A stretch of 64,000 nucleotides of DNA from a virus: IMG/VR virus record IMGVR_UViG_3300012013_001209. One strand, 5' to 3'. Below are positions 39,431 through 48,478 of this stretch, piece after piece (within the stretch, counting starts at the first letter, position 1; each line of letters begins with the position of its first letter). The notes under the pieces are model-generated. The model searched no databases and had not been told where the DNA came from. It worked only from the letters and a program-made list of their open reading frames with translations. The translations under genes and the position numbers were made by a program.

Positions 39431-40555
39431 TCAGGACATTCCGTCGACCGCCGCGGACGCGCGCGGAGCCGCACCGAAGAAGCTCGAAGAGGGCGATCGA
39501 ACACCCGGGGCCGTCTGCGGCGGAGTCCATCCTGGCGGACGTCCGATGCTCTGAATGAAGTTGCCAATTCCCTCGCCAGTGCTCGTCGGACTGAATACCG
39601 TGCCGAGGCCGAGCTTCAAACGGTCCATCAAGGGCATGTTCTGCAAATTCTTGGCCGCCTCAGCCGCCATGTCCTGCGCTTGACGTGCACCGGACAATTC
39701 ACCTTCCTTGCCTTTGACGTAACCGTGGATCTGACCGCCGACCGAATTAGGGCCCAGTGCGATGGTGCCTGCGGTTGTGCCGGCCCAGCCGAGACCTTTG
39801 ACAGCGTTCTGCTGCCATTTCGGCATGGCCTTGAAGGCGTCGCTGACTTCTCCGCGCATCCCGCCCCAAATCCGTTTGCCGGTGGTGGGGTCGAATTTCG
39901 GGACGGCACTGCCGAACAATTCTTTGTTGGCGCCTGCCAACGCGGATACACCTTTGGCACGCTGAGCCAGCGCTGCCGCGACCTCGGGGCTCTCGGCGGC
40001 AAGACCTTTTTCAGCAGCCGCCACGAGACCTTTGCCGCCGCGCATCTTGTTCCACCACCCGGCAATGCGGGTCGGGGCACTTGTGATTAATTTCCCAGCA
40101 TAGGGGAGGGCCTTGCCGATCAAGTCGCCAATCCCTGCTGATTTCTCCCATCCATTTTCATGGATTTCGATGACGTTGAGAATCCCAATGGCGAGATCGG
40201 AATTGTATGCCGCAGTCTTTTTCTGCTGCTTCTTGTTCGCTCGCTGATTCAGCAAGTGACTGAATAATCCGGCGAGACCGGCAGTGCCGACCACTGCACC
40301 AGTACCGATGAGCGCCTTGGACAGTGTCGGATGATTTGGGATCATCGCGCGCTCTCCCTGGATTTTCTCCATTATGTCGAGGCTGTTGCGCGCGCTGGCT
40401 TCCTGAAGCTGCTTGATCCGCTGCGTGATTTCAGGCGGTAGCGTGGGCGTGGGTCTTGAAGACAAATTCTTTCCGGCCTCCCCCAATAGGGTGGCCGATT
40501 TCACGATCTCCGATGCGGCGAGTAGGTGAAATGCGATGTCGGTGGAAGGTTTCAT
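39431..40555 (-). CDS. Leader-bearing two-part cargo protein (374 aa)
   Basis: MKPSTDIAFHLLAASEIVKSA leader plus an internal leader-like copy ending in WEKSA; hydrophobic Gly-rich helices. Confidence 0.7.
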   Translation of the reverse strand: MKPSTDIAFHLLAASEIVKSATLLGEAGKNLSSRPTPTLPPEITQRIKQLQEASARNSLDIMEKIQGERAMIPNHPTLSKALIGTGAVVGTAGLAGLFSHLLNQRANKKQQKKTAAYNSDLAIGILNVIEIHENGWEKSAGIGDLIGKALPYAGKLITSAPTRIAGWWNKMRGGKGLVAAAEKGLAAESPEVAAALAQRAKGVSALAGANKELFGSAVPKFDPTTGKRIWGGMRGEVSDAFKAMPKWQQNAVKGLGWAGTTAGTIALGPNSVGGQIHGYVKGKEGELSGARQAQDMAAEAAKNLQNMPLMDRLKLGLGTVFSPTSTGEGIGNFIQSIGRPPGWTPPQTAPGVRSPSSSFFGAAPRASAAVDGMS

Positions 40556-42249
40556 TGTCCAAGGTAGGCGTTGAGCACTTTTGCGCTTTTCGGGGGATGG
40601 TTAAACATCATATTTGAAGCCGGCGTGGCCTTGGGTTTTGGCATGTTGTTGTAGCCGTGAATTGCTCCTGAGGCTGCTCCTGTGGCTCCTCCGAGCAGCC
40701 GTGCCAGGAATTTTGCCTTCAGGTCTCCTCCGGCCAACGCAGCCAGACCGTGGCCACCCATCATTCCAAGAATTCCACCGCCAGTAGCGTTTAATCCAGT
40801 ATTCAAACCGCGCAGCGCCCCTTGACCTGCACCTTGACCGCTGGGCAATACAGCGCCGCCGAGTGCGCCGAGCAAAGGATATGCAGTCAGCGCGGCTGTC
40901 GTAGCACCAGGAAGCGCGTATGATAGATGTCCGGCAAGACCTTTTGTCACGGACGGCATCGATTCACCCATAGCCTTGAATAAGGCGTCACCCACACCGG
41001 CGCGCTTCACACCACCCATCGGTGCGCGGCGCTGCGAAGCCGCATACTGCGAGGGCGACATGGTATTCTGACTGTCCAGCCGCGACGACCGCGCCCCTCC
41101 TCTGGCTGCCTGGGCCGCCATCATCTGCTGCATGCTCGCCACATCGCCCTTGCTGTTCGGATTGAAACGCGACTTGGTGGCGACCTGGAAATCGCGCATA
41201 GCTTGTGCCGACGGCTGCTGCGGACGTGCTTGCACGGTCGCCTGAGGGATGCTCGGCGGGACGGCCCTGGTCGGTTCCGGCGCTGAAATATCCATGGGCG
41301 GCGGAGTCGCGAACGTGAGACCGGGGGCGGACTGCACAGGCCTCTCCGAAGCCATCGACATCTGCGCTGGAGGAGCCGGAGGCAGATACGAGTCGGAATT
41401 AAGCGGGGCAGGGGCGGCGATGGCGCTCTCAGGCCTCTCCGAAGCCATCGACATCTGCGCTGGAGGAGCCGGAGGCAGATACGAGTCGGAATTAAGCGGG
41501 GCAGGGGCGGCGATGGCGCTCTCAGGCTTCTGCATCTGCTGACTGGTAGCAAGATTCTCGGGATTCGTGCTATCATCCAGACCTTGCAACGAGCGTTCAT
41601 CGACAGGCCCCTGCATGGGGGGTGGGGCTTGCGGGGCAGACTCAGGAACCACAGCATCCCCCATATTACCGGGGAGATGAGCGCCCTGCAAATTGTCAAG
41701 CGCGGGCACATTAGAAAGACCGTAGGTGTTCGACGGAGGGCGCGCAGGCTCCGGAGTGGTCAGGCCGCGAGTGGTCTGATTCCAGGCTGGGTTCGCGGTC
41801 TGAGGCGTGATGCCTTGCGTGTTCCAGCCCTGCACAGGACCCGTATTCGGGTTCAGCTGGATACGTCCGGGCTGGGCGGGCTCGCCGACACCGCCGCCGT
41901 AATCGGCTTTGGGGCTGATACCTGGAATCGCAGCGGCGGGTGGCTTTCCAATCCCGCCGTTGAATGCTGGTCCCATTGACTGGTCTGATCCGCTATTGAG
42001 AGCGCCAACGCTGCCCGCACCAAGTCCACCCGCGGCGATTGCCGTCGCTGGACCTCCCAATTTATTGATTACTTTCGGTACCGTCGGAGGAATTTTGCCG
42101 ATGCTTGGAATGGCTTTGACGGCGGGTCGCAGAGATTGCATGCCGCGGAGTGCGAGCTGGCCGGTGCGTGCGAGGGCCTGACCGTAGCCCGATTTGATCA
42201 TTTCTTTGGCGGACAGGATGTGAAAAGACAGAGCAGTAGTGGAACGCAT
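40552..42249 (-). CDS. Leader-bearing Pro/Gln-rich and glycine-zipper cargo protein
   Basis: MRSTTALSFHILSAKEMIKSG leader (ATG 42249); low-complexity middle; KRAG before the C-terminal GxxxG helices. Confidence 0.7.
   Translation of the reverse strand: MRSTTALSFHILSAKEMIKSGYGQALARTGQLALRGMQSLRPAVKAIPSIGKIPPTVPKVINKLGGPATAIAAGGLGAGSVGALNSGSDQSMGPAFNGGIGKPPAAAIPGISPKADYGGGVGEPAQPGRIQLNPNTGPVQGWNTQGITPQTANPAWNQTTRGLTTPEPARPPSNTYGLSNVPALDNLQGAHLPGNMGDAVVPESAPQAPPPMQGPVDERSLQGLDDSTNPENLATSQQMQKPESAIAAPAPLNSDSYLPPAPPAQMSMASERPESAIAAPAPLNSDSYLPPAPPAQMSMASERPVQSAPGLTFATPPPMDISAPEPTRAVPPSIPQATVQARPQQPSAQAMRDFQVATKSRFNPNSKGDVASMQQMMAAQAARGGARSSRLDSQNTMSPSQYAASQRRAPMGGVKRAGVGDALFKAMGESMPSVTKGLAGHLSYALPGATTAALTAYPLLGALGGAVLPSGQGAGQGALRGLNTGLNATGGGILGMMGGHGLAALAGGDLKAKFLARLLGGATGAASGAIHGYNNMPKPKATPASNMMFNHPPKSAKVLNAYLGQ
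41338..41527. repeat. Perfect 93-bp tandem duplication (31 aa)
   Basis: Units start at 41338 and 41431 and appear identical (RPESAIAAPAPLNSDSYLPPAPPAQMSMASE). Confidence 0.95.
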
Positions 42250-42303
42250 AAGTTTGGATTCTGAACGATTTTTGAAATTAAGCAAGACTCAAGGATTTGA
42301 AAA

Positions 42304-42504
42304 TCACACGGCTCTGCCGTTGGGCCGCTTTTCACTCTCCGCTCGAAAGGCTTCTCTCAGCTCGTCTGCGGTGCATACACCTTTTGCGACTAGCACGCGA
42401 TTCATCGCGGAGATGGAGAATTTGAGTAACTCAACCGCGCCCTCTCTCCGCTCGATGTTTTTCGCCAGCGAACGGCCCTTGTGGGAGTTTGGAGGCGTTT
42501 TCAC
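42304..42504 (-). CDS. Small hypothetical protein (66 aa)
   Basis: ATGA overlap with the upstream gene; helical RVLVAKGVCTADEL segment. Confidence 0.55.
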   Translation of the reverse strand: MKTPPNSHKGRSLAKNIERREGAVELLKFSISAMNRVLVAKGVCTADELREAFRAESEKRPNGRAV

Positions 42505-43886
42505 GGGCAGCCTCCCAGCTGTGCGATATCCATCAGCGCGAACGCCAAATATCGCGCAGCTGCCGACTTGAGCAGACGCTCACCGTTCGGTCCAAGGAAG
42601 TCACTGTATTCCGGCTCCGGCACTGCACCAGGGATCTTCACTTTACGAAACGGAATATTCAAATCACCATTTACCGCGGACTCCGCCGGCAACGGAATTT
42701 TATTCCCTCCCGGCCCCAATATCCTGCTGAAATTAATGCCGGACAAGTTGCCAGCCGCGCCAGCCGTCGGAGGGACTTCCGGAGCCGTCGGAGCCGCGTT
42801 CATCAGACGATTCAATGCCTCGTTGACCGCAGCAGGTTCTCCCCCGCGCAGTTTCTTGTCGCCCATCAGAAGTTTGTTCACACCAGGCCCCATGTTCCCC
42901 GGATGAATGATCAAACTCTTGGCAGCATCCGACGAGATGGCCGGCGCCGCGACCGGCATTGGCAGTTTGCCTTTCAATTTCACCGGGCTTGTGAACATGT
43001 TCACGAAGGCGCGTCCAAAGCTTCCGAGCGAATCAATTTTCTCGTGCGGGTGCAGGCCAAAATCCCAGTTGTCCTCGAAGGTGCCGTCCGGCTTCACATG
43101 GAAATTACCGGGAACTCCACGGGATGACACCAATTGGGATCCGTCTGCATTTCCTTTGGGAATTTCACCTGTGTGAATATCGGTCATCGGCTGTCTGATA
43201 TCCCGAACCATCGACTTCAGCTCGCTCTGCGCCTCCCGACTCTTCGGGTTGTAATGCAGGACTCCTTTTTCAGTCGGATCTGCCGTGAAGAATTTACGGA
43301 ACGCCCGCGGCTTCAAACCGAATCCCATGCGGTAGGGAACCTCACGTGCCGAATATGGTCCGCGTGTGGTGACCTCATTGGGAAACTTCGCGGCCTCGTA
43401 AATCGGCTTGTCCTTCACGACGGCCTTGATCATGTCCATGATCTTGTAGCCCTTCAACTTCTTGATTTTTTCCGCCGTCTCGTAACTCCGAGGCTCCACC
43501 AGATTCGTCAAAATCCGACCCATTCCCCTCTGCGCCATTCCAGGCGCGAACCGCCCAAATAATCCACCACCAACAGCGCCGCCGAGCGCGCCCTTCATCT
43601 TGTGTCCCTTGTCGGCATTGAGGCCGCCGATGCCTGCGCCGATGGTTGCGCCGCCGGCCACGTTCTTCAGGCGGTTCGCAGGGTCCACGAAATTGTAGGA
43701 CATTACCTTGCGCAGCAGTTCTTCCTTTTTTCCACCGCCGGAATTGAGCCACCCGAATATGTCGAGGCCTTTGCCTAAAGCACCCTCGGCCGCAGGCAAC
43801 GCGTGACCGAGGACCTTTGCGGCTGCCGCGTTGGCATTCTTCTCGAAATCAATTGCCGCGAAGGCGATGGCAGTGGACGGGTGCAT
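42501..43886 (-). CDS. Leader-bearing cargo protein with an unassigned globular domain (461 aa)
   Basis: MHPSTAIAFAAIDFEKNA leader; glycine zipper; central domain ending GNFHVKPDGTFEDNWDF; KSA near the C-terminus. Confidence 0.7.
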   Translation of the reverse strand: MHPSTAIAFAAIDFEKNANAAAAKVLGHALPAAEGALGKGLDIFGWLNSGGGKKEELLRKVMSYNFVDPANRLKNVAGGATIGAGIGGLNADKGHKMKGALGGAVGGGLFGRFAPGMAQRGMGRILTNLVEPRSYETAEKIKKLKGYKIMDMIKAVVKDKPIYEAAKFPNEVTTRGPYSAREVPYRMGFGLKPRAFRKFFTADPTEKGVLHYNPKSREAQSELKSMVRDIRQPMTDIHTGEIPKGNADGSQLVSSRGVPGNFHVKPDGTFEDNWDFGLHPHEKIDSLGSFGRAFVNMFTSPVKLKGKLPMPVAAPAISSDAAKSLIIHPGNMGPGVNKLLMGDKKLRGGEPAAVNEALNRLMNAAPTAPEVPPTAGAAGNLSGINFSRILGPGGNKIPLPAESAVNGDLNIPFRKVKIPGAVPEPEYSDFLGPNGERLLKSAAARYLAFALMDIAQLGGCP

Positions 43887-45727
43887 TAGAATTTTCCGGT
43901 TTTTCTCACATTCTTTCCGAAGCCGACGCCGATCATCAGTCTCGGCGCGAAGTTGACGTTGCTCTCCACATTCGTATCGAGCCCTCTGGTTGCTGAATTG
44001 AGCAAATTTTTCGACTGGTAGCTGGACGTCAGCTGCTGCGCCCAGTCCTCAGTATTGTGGGAAGCCGTGCGAAGCCGGCTCATCTCCGGTTCGAATCCAG
44101 GAGCTTCTTCGGAAACTGGAACGGAATCAAATCCATGCGTCTCCATGTGCTTCGCCATTCGGGGAGTCAGCTTCGTCCCGATCGTGTAATGCAACGCTGG
44201 CCCGTGCAAATATTGCCCCACCGCGGAACTCGGCTTCATCAGCTTGGCGGAAGCCGGCGGTGTGTAATTGTGAGCGAGCACATTGTAGCTGACCACATCA
44301 TCCGGCAAATAATCACCCAAACCCTCAGGGTCCGTAATCCGCACATGATCGATTGCTCCGCGAGCAATCATCTCCGTGTGCTTCATGTCCGTCTTCACGC
44401 CGGAGTCGTCCAGGATTTGCTTCAGCCTCTTCGCGTAGTATCGCCGACCCTCACCCAATCCGCGCAGCCTGACCATGTCCCGAGGATCCACGATGCCGTC
44501 GGCCAACTGATCCCCTGCTTCCACTTCCTGCCCTGGCTTCACTGACACCTCGTAGCCTGGCAACGCGTAATGGTCTTCTTCCTCCACACGGATAATTTTC
44601 CCACCCTGGGGCGCATCCCGAATATCCCGAACCAACCCGCTGATCTCCGACACAGGGGCGCGATCGGGGAACGACTCGGGTGATTGGACGAATTGTTCGA
44701 TCGCGCTGAGCCCAGAGAATACTTTTTTGGACCCAGTCATTCCTGCCGTGTGTTTTTCGCGCAAGGATCCCTGCGTGACCGGTTCGGAACTTGCATGAGC
44801 GGAGACGAGGCCGACCATGTCGCCAAGATTCGGCAACCTTCCACCTCTGCGTGCGCCAGCGGATTCCGCAGATATTCCTTCGGCCGAATTATCTGTGAGT
44901 GGCGAATGCACCAACACTGACGCCACCTTCTGCTTTTTCAGACTGGCCAACACGCGCCCATCAATCATGGTCCCGGCAGGCCAGCCGCCAGCCGCGCGTG
45001 CCATGAACCGATACTTCAACGAGTCATCTTCCACGTCCAGATCGATGCCGTTGGTGTGTCCTGTTGCTCTGCTGGTGACAACGAGTGGGGAAGTGATCTG
45101 TACCAATTGTTTTCCCAAATCGCCGCCGCGCGCTGTTCCCGCTTTCGTGGAATAAACCGCCGCACGCGCTCCAAAGGTAGAGGCGAGGAATTCCATCGGA
45201 CGCAATCCTTCGCTGTGGGAGTTTCGGACGAACATCGGAATGGTGCGACCCTGTCCGTCTGCATAAACACCCGGAGTGGTGAGCATGGATTTCATCTGGG
45301 CGGCGGAACCGCGCGCGCCAGACACCACAGACATCGCCACGTTATTCCCCTGCGTCACTCCCGCCTTCAATGTGTCTTTCTCGAGCTGACCGGAAAATCG
45401 TTTCCAGATGGCCTCCCTGCGTGCCCGATACTCTTCACGGTTGGGGGATTCTTTTTTCGCGAGAGCTACCTCCCCGTCCATTTCCGCAAAAACCTTGGCC
45501 TTGTCGATCAGCGGGCGCAGATCATTCATGGTGATCGTCTCGCCCTGACGCCAGGAGGCTTCACGACCGTGCCTGGCCAGCTTGTCGATGATCGGGGCGT
45601 AATGCTCCGGATAGCGATGCCCCACGTCCGCGAGGATATCATTGATCGCCCCCGCGTTGTAGGTGCGCCCGTAATTGCGCATGTCCTCGGGAAGTTCGGA
45701 CTCCAAGAGCAGATGGACTGCTTTCAT
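43886..45727 (-). CDS. rpoC: Phage RNA polymerase beta' subunit, C-terminal part (613 aa)
   Basis: SGARGSAAQM; EGLRPMEFLASTFGARAAVYSTKAGTARGGDLGKQL (bridge helix); GDMVGLVSAHASSEPVTQGSLREKH (trigger loop); C-terminal RLMIGVG. Confidence 0.93.
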   Translation of the reverse strand: MKAVHLLLESELPEDMRNYGRTYNAGAINDILADVGHRYPEHYAPIIDKLARHGREASWRQGETITMNDLRPLIDKAKVFAEMDGEVALAKKESPNREEYRARREAIWKRFSGQLEKDTLKAGVTQGNNVAMSVVSGARGSAAQMKSMLTTPGVYADGQGRTIPMFVRNSHSEGLRPMEFLASTFGARAAVYSTKAGTARGGDLGKQLVQITSPLVVTSRATGHTNGIDLDVEDDSLKYRFMARAAGGWPAGTMIDGRVLASLKKQKVASVLVHSPLTDNSAEGISAESAGARRGGRLPNLGDMVGLVSAHASSEPVTQGSLREKHTAGMTGSKKVFSGLSAIEQFVQSPESFPDRAPVSEISGLVRDIRDAPQGGKIIRVEEEDHYALPGYEVSVKPGQEVEAGDQLADGIVDPRDMVRLRGLGEGRRYYAKRLKQILDDSGVKTDMKHTEMIARGAIDHVRITDPEGLGDYLPDDVVSYNVLAHNYTPPASAKLMKPSSAVGQYLHGPALHYTIGTKLTPRMAKHMETHGFDSVPVSEEAPGFEPEMSRLRTASHNTEDWAQQLTSSYQSKNLLNSATRGLDTNVESNVNFAPRLMIGVGFGKNVRKTGKF

Positions 45728-45733
45728 GTGGAA

Positions 45734-46459
45734 TTAAAATCGCCAAGATGCACTCTGCATCAGCACCGTCACGACGCCCGCAGTGGCCGTGTCACGCACC
45801 GCTTTGATGTAGCCGAGCGGACCGTTCGGCAGCTTGTAAATACCCGTCGGACCAACGGTGACGCCTCCGTCCCCGGTAACCAAATCCAGACGCCACTCCG
45901 CTTTGATCTCAGACCAATTGGATCCGTCCAGCGACGCATAAAGCTTGATCGTGGCACTGCCGGCATTGATGACATGAATGCTGCGAAACATGAACTGGTC
46001 GCAGCGCATATACATCTGTGTGCTGGCCGAGGCCGCCGAAGATGCCGCATTCAAATCCACCGTGGACTTCAGTGTGATGACAGCGCCGGACGCCAGCGGC
46101 GAGTCCAACGGGCGATCCAACTTGATGTGTGTGCCGTCCACCACTTCCGTGATGACGTAGGGGATGCCTGCCGGATTGCCGGCGAAATAATTGAGCTGAT
46201 CACCAGGGACTTGCCCAGACACTGGGGCGAGGCCGACAGGATCGAGTCGGGAATATTGCGCAGGAGTGCTGGAGAATTGAAGGACGTCACCCACCACCAG
46301 CGTACCACTGTCTTTCGTGATCGTGATGGCGCTGGCGTTGCTGTAGCCTGCGGGATAATGTCCCGAGACTGCTCCGTTGACGAGCGTGCCTACGGCGCCG
46401 ACCGCATTCTTCAGGAGGTAGATCAGCGCGTGGGAGTCAGAATTCAGGAAAGCGGGCAT
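45734..46459 (-). CDS. Putative virion structural protein (beta-rich)
   Basis: Start set at ATG 46459; Thr/Ala/Gly-rich; C-terminal jelly-roll-like TIKLYASLDGSNW segment. Confidence 0.6.
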   Translation of the reverse strand: MPAFLNSDSHALIYLLKNAVGAVGTLVNGAVSGHYPAGYSNASAITITKDSGTLVVGDVLQFSSTPAQYSRLDPVGLAPVSGQVPGDQLNYFAGNPAGIPYVITEVVDGTHIKLDRPLDSPLASGAVITLKSTVDLNAASSAASASTQMYMRCDQFMFRSIHVINAGSATIKLYASLDGSNWSEIKAEWRLDLVTGDGGVTVGPTGIYKLPNGPLGYIKAVRDTATAGVVTVLMQSASWRF

Positions 46460-46553
46460 AAAATTCAGGTGTTTGGATTTTCGGAAATACGGGCGCGTGG
46501 TTTTGGAACAAGCATGATTTCCACCAGGAGAAATTGCAATTGTAAAATCCACT

Positions 46554-46886
46554 TCACTTCGGTGCAACCACGCTGGTGGCAAAGGAATCACGCCACTTCT
46601 TCAGTGCCTCTATGTCCGACCACAGCTTTCCGTAATCGCCATCCAGCTTTGCGATTGCCGACTGTGCCGTTTTGGCTTGCGTGACCATTCCCGTATCCTT
46701 TTCTGTGCCGAGCAGCAGTTCCTTGAATTGCCGATGCTCATTCTGCCAGTCACGCTTGGCCACTGCATTGTCGATGGTCCAATTCCACGCCTTGTATCCG
46801 ATGACCACGACGGCCACAATGGTCGAGACCACCTTGAAGGTTTTGTCGGTGACCGTGAATCGGAACTGTGGCGTCTCCTCGGGCAT
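46554..46886 (-). CDS. Single-TM plus coiled-coil protein (spanin/holin-like)
   Basis: One hydrophobic helix followed by a coiled-coil; adjacent to the endolysin. Confidence 0.55.
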   Translation of the reverse strand: MPEETPQFRFTVTDKTFKVVSTIVAVVVIGYKAWNWTIDNAVAKRDWQNEHRQFKELLLGTEKDTGMVTQAKTAQSAIAKLDGDYGKLWSDIEALKKWRDSFATSVVAPK

Positions 46887-46892
46887 TTGGAT

Positions 46893-47825
46893 TTACAACG
46901 GTGAGCGGTGGACGGCGGGCATGCCGGCAAATCCACATGAGGCACGGATGGCGAGCAGATGCTGCTGGAATGCCGGGCCGGGATCATTCTTGCGCTGCGT
47001 AATTCTGTCGTGACCAGTCACGTCACGCAGTCCGTAATGCACGACCAGCAGCTTGCTGAGTGCCAGCACCGAGGCGATCTGTGCCGGATAGAAAATCTCC
47101 CACTCATCTCCACCGTTTTGTTTTCCCGACCAATGAGCAACGAGAAGCGTATCGAACCCTGGGACATTTTTGCGTCCCCACGCGAACGCGCCTTTCGAGT
47201 CGCCTAGGTTCGCAATCTCAATTCCGATGGCTTCGTCGTTTCCGCCTTTACCATTGGCGGAACTGTAAAGTATGCCGGTCGTGGGATCGACCCACTGGCT
47301 CCGGCCTGCGTGAAATGCTTTCTGATTGCAGGGAACGTGCTGCACGATTGTTCCGTCGCGGTCCACGGTGAAATGCGCCGAGACGCCTCGCGACTTCATA
47401 ACGTCCACGGCACCGTCGACGTCCTTGATGAAGTCGCCGTTCAGATCCCCGTCACCATCCGCACCTCCGGTGAAGTGCTCGACAAGGTAGCGCGGCTTCA
47501 AGGGGCCTCCCCCAGGAAGCGGCTGTCGCCACACGCCAACGAGCCAGTGATCCGATCCCATATTCAGCCCACCGGGAATCAGGACGTCGATCTTGGGGGC
47601 TTCCTGTCCTGCGATTGCAGTCTGAAGGCGACCCTCGGACTTCACGCCCCAGCGTCCGTCCACATCGTCACCCTCGAATCCGAGGACGGTCTGCACGAGC
47701 TTGATCGTCGCCCTGTCCGCCTGGTTGAGGGCCGTGCGTGACTTCCGTCCGAAGTCGTTGTCGATTTTGAATGGATAAAACCCTGCGTCCTTCAGGGTCT
47801 GTTGGACGCGTTCGATCTTGGTCAT
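46893..47825 (-). CDS. Endolysin: peptidoglycan-binding domain plus N-acetylmuramoyl-L-alanine amidase (Amidase_2)
   Basis: VQQTLKDAGFYPFKIDNDFGRKS (PG-binding); EHFT, SAHF, AFHAG, GIEI, GHD...KNDPG amidase motifs. Confidence 0.92.
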   Translation of the reverse strand: MTKIERVQQTLKDAGFYPFKIDNDFGRKSRTALNQADRATIKLVQTVLGFEGDDVDGRWGVKSEGRLQTAIAGQEAPKIDVLIPGGLNMGSDHWLVGVWRQPLPGGGPLKPRYLVEHFTGGADGDGDLNGDFIKDVDGAVDVMKSRGVSAHFTVDRDGTIVQHVPCNQKAFHAGRSQWVDPTTGILYSSANGKGGNDEAIGIEIANLGDSKGAFAWGRKNVPGFDTLLVAHWSGKQNGGDEWEIFYPAQIASVLALSKLLVVHYGLRDVTGHDRITQRKNDPGPAFQQHLLAIRASCGFAGMPAVHRSPL

Positions 47826-47836
47826 GATGCGGTGTT

Positions 47837-48052
47837 TTACTGAGGATTAGGCTCTTGGGCCTCGTCCGGTTTGATGCTCGAAGGCGGAGTGGCGAACAAT
47901 TGCGCGATGGCGTGGAAGCCGTTGATGAAACAGACGGACACGAGCACGATGACAGCCCAGAGATCTTTCGGTGCGGCGGTGGAGGCCGCGATGGTTGGCA
48001 GTGCGCCTTGGAGGAATACGCGGAGGACGCGGAATTTTGACGTGGTGTTCAT
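47837..48052 (-). CDS. Holin-like 2-TM protein (71 aa)
   Basis: Basic N-terminus, two hydrophobic segments, directly upstream of the endolysin. Confidence 0.6.
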   Translation of the reverse strand: MNTTSKFRVLRVFLQGALPTIAASTAAPKDLWAVIVLVSVCFINGFHAIAQLFATPPSSIKPDEAQEPNPQ

Positions 48053-48058
48053 GAATAA

Positions 48059-48466
48059 TTATTTCGCGAAGACATCCAAGGCCTTTGCGAACTCCTCGAG
48101 TTTCTGAGTGGTAACTGTCTGCCCGTTCGCGGCCGGCGAGCTGATATATCCGGAGTAGCTGGCAACGATGAGATCGATGAGATCTGAATACGCCTGGAAT
48201 TTCTTCGGGAGCCATTGCCGAAGCTGTGCCTCGAGTTTCGCCGTATCGAGCGGGTGGGCAGGATTCATGGCCCGAATGATCATGGCAGTCGATGAGATGT
48301 AATTGCGCACTTCGACCTGCTGCGCGGGCGACAGTTGATTCAGGGCGATGCGTGCGGCTGTCTTTTCGAGGATCAGGGCCGCCGCTGGATTTTTGCTCAC
48401 GTATGCGCAACCCGCGAATACGACGGCAATGAAAGTGAGGACGATGGTGAGCAGTTTGTTTTTCAT
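48059..48466 (-). CDS. Lipoprotein (135 aa)
   Basis: MKNK + hydrophobic stretch + lipobox FAGC. Confidence 0.75.
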   Translation of the reverse strand: MKNKLLTIVLTFIAVVFAGCAYVSKNPAAALILEKTAARIALNQLSPAQQVEVRNYISSTAMIIRAMNPAHPLDTAKLEAQLRQWLPKKFQAYSDLIDLIVASYSGYISSPAANGQTVTTQKLEEFAKALDVFAK

Positions 48467-48478
48467 GTGGGTATGGGT

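Noticed and set aside
38636-46684. Long plus-strand ORFs (38636..40090, 45056..46684 and similar, also 14..802)
   Set aside because: Antisense to well-supported minus-strand genes; Arg/His-rich composition with no motifs.
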